A stretch of 62,651 bases of DNA, counting the filler, from Asterionella formosa (lineage: Eukaryota), in the NCBI GenBank assembly GCA_002256025.1. It is 2 parts of 2 records of this genome, joined end to end, with 100 filler letters (N's around TTAATTAATTAA, not from the genome) between each part and the next. Parts side by side here need not be neighbours in the genome. Positions count along the whole stretch, not along the records: positions 31,391 to 62,651 come from NKIB01000728.1; 1 more part is not named here. One strand, 5' to 3'. Made by a program: the position numbers and the translations under genes. Position 1 is the stretch's first letter. Each line of letters starts with the position of its first letter. A model generated the notes under the pieces. That model saw only the letters and a list, made by a program, of their open reading frames with translations. It did no database searches and had not been told where the DNA came from. Below are positions 44,601 through 55,550 of the stretch, one piece after another.

Positions 44601-44746
44601 CTATCTCCATTGCCCTCCATCCCTCCCTAGTCCTCCAAACTATTATGCATGCTTGGCTTCGGATGCTGCTATCATCTCCGCCTCGGATGCTGCTATCATT
44701 TCCGCCCCAGTTCCTGTTCTTCTGCCTGAATCTGGTGTTGAGGGTG

Positions 44747-44914
44747 TGTTAATATCTGCATATGATGCTCCATACATGCGCCGTATGAACCATGCCGGCG
44801 CAGCCACCAGATTAAGGTACATGCGTGAGTGCTAACAACAATTTATTCGAAACAGCAATAGAATAGTCATAATATTGTAGTTCACCTTTATTCACGACAA
44901 GGTTCCCCTCAACA
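44747..44914 (+). repeat. 3' LTR (168 bp) preceded by a short PPT-like GAGGGTG
   Basis: Direct repeat of 39318-39481. Confidence 0.95.
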
Positions 44915-45107
44915 GCTTCAAGGGCCAATCTTAACAGAGATACAAAAATAGAAAAAATGTTGCTCGGCCCAATTGCACAAAACCCGAAAAGTACGTGGAG
45001 ATATTAAAATAGATTTACAATAGTGCATAAATGATATCAATAGAAAGTTTATACTTAAATTGCGCCCAAAAATGCATGGTTTATACCTCCCTTAAAAAAT
45101 CTTCCCG

Positions 45108-46147
45108 ATGCTTTCTACAAAGAAAAAACGCAAGAATATTTCCTTGAAACGTTTTTTCTGGAGGAATGTGATCCTTCTCTTGGGGCTGCTCGCATTGGTA
45201 ATATCTTCATTCAATTGGATGAGATCTATGAACTACTCAGGTAAAGCGACTAGACCTCGAGCGTATTTATTGCGTCAGCAAAAAATAGAATGTCGATCTG
45301 CTTTGCTTCCTGGAGGATCCTTTAAGAATAGTGCCAGCCAGAAGATTCGTTTTACTCCCGAGCTTTATGACAAATATGTTACGATGTTTTCTGAATGGGA
45401 GGGATGGATGTCGCCACCGTCGTTTTTCTTTACTGGTTTTCTTTCTCAAGTACAGCACAGAAATGGCATAGTTGGACCTGTGGGTGAAATTGGTGTTCAC
45501 CATGGAAAGTTTGCTGTAGCGATTGCAATGTTTGCCTTTGAGACTGAGAGAGTATGGGCTGCGGATTTATTTGAGCGCGAAAACGAAAATGTTGATGGAT
45601 CTGGAAAAGGGAGTAAAGAAATGCTATTGAAATACTTTAAAGAGTTTGGTATTGACACCATTAAAAACAATCGCATTGTTACTGCAAATAGTAGAGTCTA
45701 AAAGGGGTGGACCTTCAGTCAGATGGATTTTCCGCTTTTCGGTTTCTATCAGTAGACGGTGGTCACACACATGAAACAACTTTGAATGATTTATTCTTCA
45801 GTTGCGAGCTAGTTCAAGAGGGATCGATTGTCGTTTTAGATGATTTTGTAAATCATGAGTGGCTTGGTGTTCCCTCTGCTGCATTTCAATTTATTAGGAC
45901 TCAGACTCGTCTCGTCCCTTTTTTGTGGGCATCAAACAAGTTGTTTTTTACAACTAAAAGCTTAGCCCCAATTTATCTTCTTGCTATTGATTCTTTGGAG
46001 CAGGTACTCTGTGACCCGAAAATGAATATTATAAATTCTAGGCAAGTCTTTCCAGAGAGGGTATGTGTTGTCACTTGTCAGAGTGCTGACTGTGACTCTG
46101 ATATTTTCATGAAATCATATAAACAACTCCTTCTCTTCAATAAATGA
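45108..46147 (+). pseudogene. Membrane-anchored class I SAM methyltransferase (Methyltransf_24-like), split by a 1-nt frameshift near 45698
   Basis: N-terminal TM segment, VGEIGVHHGK, then in a shifted frame FRFLSVDGGHT...NDL...VVLDDF..HEWLGV. Confidence 0.75.
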
Positions 46148-46855
46148 TCTTGAAATCTTTTGGGGAAAGCTCATGAATTGTAAGTGCAGAAACTCTCTGT
46201 TACACGAATTCATAATTTCATAATAAACCCTTAAAAGTACTTACATAGTATTGCTTGATGTAAAGATAGATGCAATAATACATTAATTAATACTATCCCC
46301 TTCCTAAATTCTGTCCCACTCCACAAACCAAATGTTGCGGTTATCATTTTTGCCAGTTTTTGCATTTTGTTCGTTGACGTGAGAGGGTACTCGCAATTTA
46401 CATATTGTCTGATTTGTATACTGTCATTAGCCTCTTTTCCATTTCTGTTGGAGAAATCATTGTGCTCTTGGCATGATTTATTTTTCCAAATGGTTCATTT
46501 GGTCATGCCCTGATCAAACTTGTATATGCAGCTGTGCTGTTTCATTTTGCATTCCTTTCATTGTTGTTGTTCAGGAAATATACACCCCAGCTTTATCCTT
46601 CCACCTGGTGATGCCCTACGGTTGTCAGGATTAAGCAAGTAGGTTCTGGGTAATTATGAGCTTAACGATTAGTGTATCTATATTAGATGTGAGTCCAAGG
46701 GGACTCACAAGGGTCTTAATGAGTAGGGTATGTACTAGGTGTCAAAATCCATGCTAGGTGTCATGTTTTAGCCTAGCATTGGTATGTCTTTTCTATAGGT
46801 ATATCTGTACCAATAATTACATATACCAAATCTGGGCTTGAGTCCAAAGTCTGAC

Positions 46856-46909
46856 GCCGCCAAGTCAGACTTCATGACAAATGCCGCCAAGTCAGACTTC
46901 ATGACAAAT
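46856..46909. repeat. Perfect 27-bp tandem duplication
   Basis: gccgccaagtcagacttcatgacaaat x2. Confidence 0.95.
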
Positions 46910-48249
46910 AACAATGGTTATTGTAGTAAAGCAGTATTAATAACCTGGTTATTATTCCGGTATACCAAGTCAGAAACACTGTACATCAGTATAAACCAGA
47001 TTGTCACTCACCATTATAGTCTTACCGGTACTACCATTTCCAGTAAGTTAAATCCAATATTGTAGTTATCCTATCTTCCATTAAAATCGCAAAACAATCG
47101 TCCCAATCCATTCCTCCTGCTCCAAAGTTGTCATCATTGTGATTGTGGTCATGCTTGACTGCTATTACCACCAGACACTGCAGCCCGCCAAGGCATAAAT
47201 TCATGCCTTGTATCATTCTTCATTGTGGATTCTTTTTAGCAGGAGTGCGATGAGCCTTGGCTTTTCGGATACTGAGCAGCATTGTTCCAACATTTGTAGT
47301 ATTGCCATGGGTGCTTTCCCTGGTGTGCAGAGATTCCTGACATTGCACAAGCATCTCTTCCCAATCAGATAGCTATCACAAAGGGCTATTTTTGAGTGCT
47401 TCTTTTGATTGAATTTGACCATGCAACTTTCTGGTAACATGGACTTTAGATGCTCCTTCATTTTATAATGCAACCTTAGCTAAAGAAGATTTGTGAATAT
47501 TGAATTTTGTAGTTACCTTCAGAAGGAAAGGGAATAAATTTCCGAGAGTTAATGAAGTGTCTGGAAATGTCAGGGGCTCTCTCTGGTGGAATCTTGGCAT
47601 ATGAAGTTTTTCAGTGGATAGGTTCAATCAATTATATAATGGAAGATGATATAATGCTTCAGATTTAAAAAGGTATTTCTGTTAAACTTGTCCTTTCTGC
47701 CAGACACTTTTTTTCACCAAAAACTTTCCTTTCCTTGACATTGGCTAACAACAGATTGTGGATTAAGTCGGTTCAGATCAGGCAACTTGGTCGCTTATCA
47801 GGAACTCTTTCTGTACAAAGAGGAAACTTGCCAAATGCCACATGCAGATGACAAATGGGGCAATGTTGTTGGTTGCCTATGGCCCATTCATTGACAAAAT
47901 GAAGATCTCGGACCCCACATCACATGACAATGTGATCCACTTTTGGAAAATGTTGACAATGGTCATTCCCGGTTTTTTTACACAGATCCCATTTGCAGCA
48001 GGTAGTGCAACCAATGTCAGCAAGGGTATGCTACTTACCTGTACATTGTTGCACACTCATGTCAATTTGTCAACACAATTTTTACACAGGTAAATATCGA
48101 ATCAGTATACTAAGCATGTATATTAAGTAAACAATGCGCCTATGGGGTCTCCTATGCAGCATGCTGGTGATAGGACAGACATCCCTCCTCACCATGGCGG
48201 AAGACCCGTTTTTCACGACCATCCTTGCAGCAGGCATGAACTTAACAAT

Positions 48250-49363
48250 GCTCCGGTATCCAACTTCGGTAATTTATCCCCTATTCAAAACTTTGGCATA
48301 CACTTCCATCCTGCAACCATCAATGAAGTATCCACTATGCGGGTCAACCTTCACAGTCACTGAAAGTGCCAAAATAGACAGGTCTTATTTGTCCACTTTC
48401 TTAAAACAAATGGGCTTCCACTTCATGACAAAACGTCTCCTATTTTTCGGCCCACCATCCTTAGATGTTTTGGCTTTAGTGATACCTACATAGATCAAGG
48501 GATCTTTCAACTCCAGATGCTTTTAAGTCATCTACGATGTTGCGACAAATTGGGTTTATTGATATGGATTCTAGTAGAAACACTACATCTGATCATCGGC
48601 CTTCCTAAAGACCCATTCACCTATTCCCCCAATATCTTCCGGTCATATGTTGAGCAGTCTTGGATTACAAGCACATGGGAATTTATCTCCTCCCTTAAAG
48701 GGGCAATTCACCTCAAAGATTCGCCCTCAGCGAGAATTCGATGCAAATGTCATGCAGATATGGACAACTCCACATTGGAACTTAACTCCGAAAACTCTCA
48801 AAAGGCTGAATGCCTGCTGCCTCTATCTCTGCGTGATTACGGTGTTAGACATAAGTGACTGCAACAGGTCATACATACCCATGCATATCTTGAAAGGTCA
48901 CCTACATAAAGATAGAATCAGTTCATATACATGGCCACATCAGGAATCCCTTTTTCTCACAGGCATGGACACTAAGGCATACAATTCTAGGCCTTACACT
49001 GATGAATCGATGAAGCAAGAGACTTCATACTCCCCTGGTAAGCTGGCTTCATCTTCCAATATATCAGAAATGAAAATTCATTTTCGATCCATCTAAACAA
49101 AGTCTCATTGAAGAAATGGAGAGTGGGATGTACAAGGTCCACAAACAAGCCCACACATTTCGTATTTTCCACAGTTCTTATTCCATCCATGTTGCATCCA
49201 GTCACAATCACCGCGCAATCTTCAAAAACAATTGAGATATCCGGTACAACACCAACAGTGCACAGATACCCACCATCTTCTCAAGTACAGCCCATTGATA
49301 CAGTGGATGCATACATTACCCAATTTCCTCTTCCTTTGCAGCATGCAATTGGGGACTATCAAT
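48250..49363 (+). mobile_element. Decayed non-LTR retrotransposon (Ambal-like LINE), post-RT region
   Basis: Frameshifted PSMKYPL, LKQMGF...LFFGP, LLSHLR, SWITSTWEF, PQREFD, LNACCLYLCVITVLDI, SSYTWPHQ. Confidence 0.7.
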
Positions 49364-49439
<76 letters not shown>

Positions 49440-50113
49440 GGGGGGGGGGGGGGGGGGGGGGGGGGGTGGGGGGGGGGGGGGGGGGGGTGGGGGGGNNNNN
49501 NNNNAATTGGGGCCTATCAAATCCCCCCCCCCCCCACATGTCTGCAAATGAAAAAGTATCATGCATATAGGATCAAGGGTATCGTACGCTAAGTGGCATA
49601 GGATTTTCGTAAATATGATAATTTTTCGATCAAAAATATGATCAAGGTATCTTGTAACTATGATGATTTATTAATATGTTACCGACCTTGAAGTATAATG
49701 ATAATAAGAGCATTATCATCACACAATGTATATAAACTGATCCACAACATTTTTCATCAATATCATAAACCTTCTCATATTATTTTCACTTCTCGTGATC
49801 GCCCGATGTAAATTATAACTACAATGCATCCTAAAATCAGCTAAACTATATACTATCATTTGAATTGTTTCATCATATAACTATCTTAAATATGATCCTA
49901 TTTCTAATTACAAAGATTGTTAAAAAAGGATTGAAATGTATTGTAATTTAATTGACAAATTTAGCAATGCTATCTATGATTCTACAGGCCAGCGACCCAA
50001 CGTTTCTCTCTCTACTTGGCTCAATGTATATTGTTCCTGTCTCGCCCTTTCCTTCCCCTATTCTGAATCTTGCGCCATGCAGTGCTTAATGTCTCGCAAT
50101 TCTCCCTGCATTT

Positions 50114-52573
50114 AGTGACATTCTGAACTTGCCGACTATTCCGTTGTTTGATTGTTTCTATTGTCCTATGCATGCAGTTACAGTTACAATGAGAAGGAAT
50201 GATTTGTTAGCTAGTTATTTTACATTGACACAACGACAAACAATTCCATCGTATCCTCTTGCTTCACTTACCACAAATCAATTCAACTGAGGATGCATAA
50301 GTGTGTAATAGTAACTTGGCAGTAAGCCAAATTCTTGAATAAGTAAGTTTCGGGTATCCAATGTTGTCGAATAAAACTTACCAGTTCATTTTTGTCAGCT
50401 TAACTTTGAGAGAAGGTAAACATTTTGTCAGTTTTGTTCCAACAGAAGTGAATAGGTCCAACAAGCGACAAGAGCACTTACGCAATTTGGTTTTGTTTTA
50501 CATTGGTGCTCCCCAACAAGCGAAAGGAGCTGTTGAATCAACTGAGAAAAAAGGAAAAGTGGCTGCGTTTAGTTAACAATTTATTCTTGTGCTGCCTATC
50601 TCCCAACGATTGTCATCCAAGTACCACATTGATGGCTTCATTACCTTAATCATTCTCCATCCTTCGAATGCGCAATGTGTCGAAGCCACCATGTTTTTCG
50701 TTATGTATTGCGTAAACTTTCTTTGCTTGTCATGTGCTTTACTATGACGTATCTTTTCATGAAGCAGCAGGCATTGTTTGTTAACATGACAGAAATTGAT
50801 TTCAAAAATATATATGCCATGAATATAGTAATAATAAAATTTGTAAATATATATACATATGAAAAGCTGTCTTATACATTTATAAAATTCAATGGCGCTC
50901 TCGATATGGAACATCTGATATGGTTGAGATGATCATACTCGCATATACATAATTCGAAAATACTCAATGCACTATATGTCCATTGTTTTCCACGACTACG
51001 TGTACCGGAATTGTTTCTGAAATTTGTTTGCATCGATATTTTCTACGTCCGCTGAAACTAATTTTTTAGTCCATTCAATCGGTGGAAGTCGTAACCGCAA
51101 GGGTTTTGGTAGCAAATTGTTTAAGCCCCTTTTTTGGTTGGGAGCTCTTCATGTGTACCGATACATCATATGACAATAGCAATATATTATATATATACAC
51201 ATAGTACCAGTAGCAGGTAGTAAGTGATATACTGGGGGTTGTCGGAGTAGTAGACTAGCAACAGAACACCATATGTTCAGGACTGTTGCTACTGCAGTGG
51301 GACAGTAAATTATCATAGTTTTAGGATCGTATGATCGTAATACTGAAAAAGATAGCCGGAATAATAAACAAGCAACAGAACATCATATGTCTATGACTGC
51401 TGCTACTGCAGCGGGACAGTAAATCATCATAGTTTTAAGAGCATATGATCATAATACTAAAAAAGATAGTCAAAGTAATAAGCAAGCAACAGAACACCAT
51501 ATGTTCAGGACTGTTGCTACGACTGCAGTGGGACAATAAATAATCATAGTTTTAGGATCGTATGATCATAAAATTGAAAAAGAATAGTCAGAGTAGTAAG
51601 CAAGCAACAGAACACCATATGTTCATGACTGCTGCTACTGCAGCGTGACAGTAAAGCATCATAGTTTTAGGATTGTATGATCGTAAAACTGAAAAGCGGT
51701 AGTCGGAGTTTCTCACCTCTCCACTTGTCTCAATGTATATTCCTTTCTCGCTCTTTCTTCCTCAGTTCTGAATCGTGTGCGAGGCAGTTCCTTACTGATG
51801 CTGCGTCTTTTTCGTTCCTGTAAGTGACATTCTGAACTTGCCGACTATTCCGTTGTTTGATTGTTTCTATTGTCCTATGCATGCAGTTACAGTTACAATG
51901 AGAAGGAATGATTTGTTAGCTAGTTATTTTACATTGACACAACGACAAACAATTCCATCGTATCCTCTTGCTTCACTTACCACAAATTAATTCAACTGAG
52001 GATGCATAAGTCTGTAATAGTAACTTGGCAGTAAGCCAAATTCTTGAATAAGTAAGTTTCGGGTATCCAATGTTGTCGAATAAAACTTACCAGTTCATTT
52101 TTGTCAGCTTAACTTTGAGAGAAGGTAAACGTTTTGTCAGTTTTGTTCCAACAGAAGTGAATAGGTCCAACAAGCGACAAGAGCACTTACGCAATTTGGT
52201 TTTGTTTTACATTGGTGCTCCCCAACAAGCGAAACGAGCTGTTGAATCAACTGAGAAAAAAGGAAAAGTGGCTGCGTTTAGTTAACAATTTGTTGTTGTC
52301 CTGCTCTCCAACAATTGTCATCCAAGTACCACATTGATGGCTTCATTACCTTAATCATTCTCCATCCTTCGAATGCGCAATGTGTCGAAGCCACCATGTT
52401 TTTCGTTATGTATTGCGTAAACTTTCTTTGCTTGTCATGTGCTTTACTACGACGTATCTTTTCATGAAGCAGCAGGCATTGTTTGTTAACATGACAGAAA
52501 TTGATTTCAAAACTATATATGTGCCATGACTATAGTAATAAAATTTGTAAATATATATACATATGAAAAGCTG
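50114..52573. repeat. Near-identical ~755-bp direct duplication (50114-50868 and 51823-52573)
   Basis: Both copies run from agtgacattctgaacttgccg to atacatatgaaaagctg; their 71-aa ORFs differ at 2 residues. Confidence 0.95.
51240..51708. repeat. Tandem array of about four 114-118-bp units
   Basis: agcaacagaacaYcatatg recurs at 51257, 51371, 51485 and 51603. Confidence 0.92.
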
Positions 52574-52639
52574 AGCGAAACCATTCTGCAGAAGTAGTTT
52601 CATTGTAGATGCGTTTTCTGCAAGTTGTGAATTTCTCTT

Positions 52640-53447
52640 GTGGGTAGTACACAAAATGTTGCATCACGTCAGGATCTCGTAGCATGGAACCCACCAGTAA
52701 CCCAACAGGATCGAAATAATGCAGAGTGCAGGGTAGTTGAAATCCTAAATTAGGTTCACTTTGCCATTGTTTTACCAACAACTTCCCCCCTGTAAGAGAT
52801 AGAGGAAATTATGTATTCAATTTGTTTTTTAATGTCTGATGGGACGGTGCACATTGCTTTTTCTGGAAATAGCGAGCCTTGAAAGCCCAAGTCATTATAT
52901 GATCAAAGTATGATGGTGGCAAGAAATGTTCGTTGATAAATAACATTAGCTCTAACTCGATTGGGTCCATTGCTAATGTTTCTCTACTGGGAATAAACAA
53001 GTTGTATGGCAGAGGGATATGCTTTGATTGATCCAATAAAAGTCCTTCTTCGTTCATTGTTTTCAAAATACTGTATGTTTTTCCTGAAATCGATTCAAAC
53101 TGTATAGTCTCTTCTTGGTCCTCTGTCGAGATAATATCATCATCATCTTCGAAACTATTATTTCCTTCAGGGAAAGAAACATCACAGGCTGGTTGCTGAA
53201 TGCCTTCCAATGTTTATCTGAACGTGATAAGGTGTTCAGAGGGAGTTTGGAAACAGAATTCCGAAGATGCAATCATCGACGGATCTAGCTGGTGTTCTTG
53301 ATAACAAACACGACACCAACCAAATGGTACGAAAGAATGATTCGAGCAAATATTGTGATGCAATCTCGATGGTTTCCGATTTTTCCTCACTTTGTAGCCA
53401 CATGGTGGACACCAGTTATAGATCCTTCGTGTAGCACCTGATAACAT
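52640..53447 (-). mobile_element. Plavaka-like transposase N-terminal fragment with a Cys/His-rich leader
   Basis: WCPPCG...HHNIC...CRVC, then MDPIELELMLF..., LHYFDPV...LRDPDVMQHFVYYP; paralog at 3.4-3.8 kb. Confidence 0.5.
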
Positions 53448-53870
53448 TTGTCAACCAATACCATCAGTCATCGAATGAAATGTCTTCGTCTTCACTTGTA
53501 ACTAAGTTTCATGATGATTAGCAATGGGAACAACTAAACATTCATGTTAGAATACTGTATAATTTGTTGTTACTCTCTAACAATAGGTTTGCCCTACCAG
53601 TATTGCAGTATTCCTCATGCCATTGATGAATTTCTAACGTTTTTGACGGTTACTTTACGGCCGTTACTAACCGTTGACCCAAACCAAAACCCAAAAACGT
53701 ATTTTTGGATTGTTTTATTTATGAAATTAGATCATAAGTTTGACCATCCTATCCGTCATGTTGCAATAAGAATAACGAGAATTTCTGCTTACGACCACAT
53801 ATTGATCCATCAATGTGTATGTTGTTATCCTGTCGTTTCAGTTCGGCAACAGAGTGTCCATTTCTTTGCT

Positions 53871-55099
53871 TTATAAATGGCGACAAATAGAAATGAATCC
53901 GTAGAGCACCATTTTAAAACTATTATCCAAAGCTCCTCCATGGACTATATCTCCATGCATGAGAAAGATGAATTTGAATGGTATGGACAAATGTATTGCA
54001 TGCTTCTTATCCGCACAATTATCCCATATATTTAAACAGTTCCCTCCTAAAGATAAGGACATTATCATTCCCCAAGGCATCGGAGTTTCACTTTCGCATT
54101 CTGTCTGTGTTGAAGTTTTGGGTAGCCATTCTTTCCAGAATTGGTGAACAACATAGTGGCAGTGTGCGGTATAACTCTGTTGCTATTGCCGGAGACATCA
54201 TCGGAACCTGGTATTAACAAGCACTTTATCATATGCCAAAATGTTTTCACATTTGGCAGATCCAGCTTTGAATATTTTAAGCTGTTCGTATAATTCTTGA
54301 AAGGAAACACTCACATGGCTTTCCCTTCCATGATATTTGCAAGTACTTTATATGTTGCAGTTGTTTTGAATGTTTGTTTCAACAAACGAATAAGAGGGTA
54401 TTTTCTCGGAAGTACAAAAAGATTTCGCCACATGTAATAATTGATCGTCTTTTTCTTCCATTCCAAAAAAATCAGGAAAAACACATGCTCTTCTTGTTCA
54501 ATTCCGTCAATAACATAAAGGAAGTTATCGGTTCTCATGACTGATTTTATTAACCGTAATGAATCAGTGATGAAACATAGGAAATCGTCTATTTCTGCTG
54601 CATTTGGTGGCATATTATTGTCTTTCTGATGTAGTCTAAAATCTCGAGGAAAGTGAGTTTTCCATAAAATCATCGCTGGTCCTATATGTTTCCGAAATTT
54701 CCTTGAAGTTTCAAATGATGTTTTGTTAAACAAGCCAGAATCTAGGATCACATAGAATTTGATGAGAACAAAATCCAGGACACTGTCATCTAGTCTCGTC
54801 TCCTTGCCTTTGTCATCATGATCAAAGTATCTAACCAGTAAGAGTTGTTCCTTACTCTTCCGTTGTCTCTTGAACAGACATGAAATACCCCGTAGAAACA
54901 GATTTTTCCGTATTGAAAAATCTGCGATCGGTATCCCCTTCACAACCAAGAATGTTCCATTCCTTGTATCACTTGGAACATTTACCATTCCAGATAACAA
55001 GTGATATATTGCACTATCGATAGCATGGGAATGTAAAGTTGTCAAGAGAAACGTGACTGTAACAGAACAAGGAAGCAGAAAGGGATAATGATCTGTCAA
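53871..55099 (-). pseudogene. Decayed ORF ending in a 2OG-Fe(II) dioxygenase-like domain
   Basis: QNFNTD (HxD-like), MPWGMIMSL, FLMHGDIVHGG and ALRIHFYL across frameshifts; 262-aa upstream ORF. Confidence 0.4.
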
Positions 55100-55182
55100 C
55101 TATAGGATTAGACAGAGGGCAAGTGCTGGATCGGAAGGGAAGCAGCACCAACATACTCAGTAATAGACATTTGATTGGTAGC

Positions 55183-55550
55183 GCAAAGCTACAGTTTCAT
55201 AGTACCAGCATAGTAATAGGTACAGTTTCACAGTAGCCACGTCATGTTCCGACCGGGTATTGAAACAAGGGGAAGAAGGGAATGCTGGTAGGGCAAATCT
55301 ACAGTTTCACAGTACCAGCGTAGTAATAAGTACAGTTTCACAGTAGCCACGTCATATTACGACTGGGTATTGAGACAAAGGGGAAGAGGAGAATGCTGGT
55401 AAGGCAAACCTACAGTTTCACAGTACCAGTGTAGTAATTGGTACAGTTTCACAGTACCCAAACCTACAGTTTCATAGTACCAGAGTAGTAATAGGTACAG
55501 TTTCACAGTAGTCACGTCATGTTCCGACCGGGTATTGAAACAAGGGAAAG
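55183..55550. repeat. Tandem array of ~110-bp units with internal tacagtttcacagta sub-repeats
   Basis: gcaaaNctacagtttca at 55183, 55293, 55404 and a partial copy near 55459. Confidence 0.92.

Larger units (their letters stand above)
39318..44914 (+). mobile_element. Near-full-length diatom CoDi-type Ty1/Copia retrotransposon with short TG...CA LTRs; decayed
   Basis: LTRs 39318-39481 and 44747-44914; gag YCWTHG; ADSGSSG protease; YTDQTG, LDNE, HRRNAVERAIRTF integrase; GMYGLPQAG, LVVDDFGV RT; SKAMDM RNase H; flanks gctct/gcttc are only an imperfect TSD. Confidence 0.95.

Noticed and set aside
49347..49535. Long poly-G tract, poly-Gly/poly-Pro ORFs and poly-C
   Set aside because: Adjoins an N gap, and aattgggg(a/c)ctatcaa is duplicated on both sides; typical sequencing or gap artefact.
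51240..51708. Repeat arrays here and at 55183-55550 and 59498-59630 as CRISPR-like arrays
   Set aside because: Whole units are homologous with no unique spacers; no cas genes; eukaryotic context.
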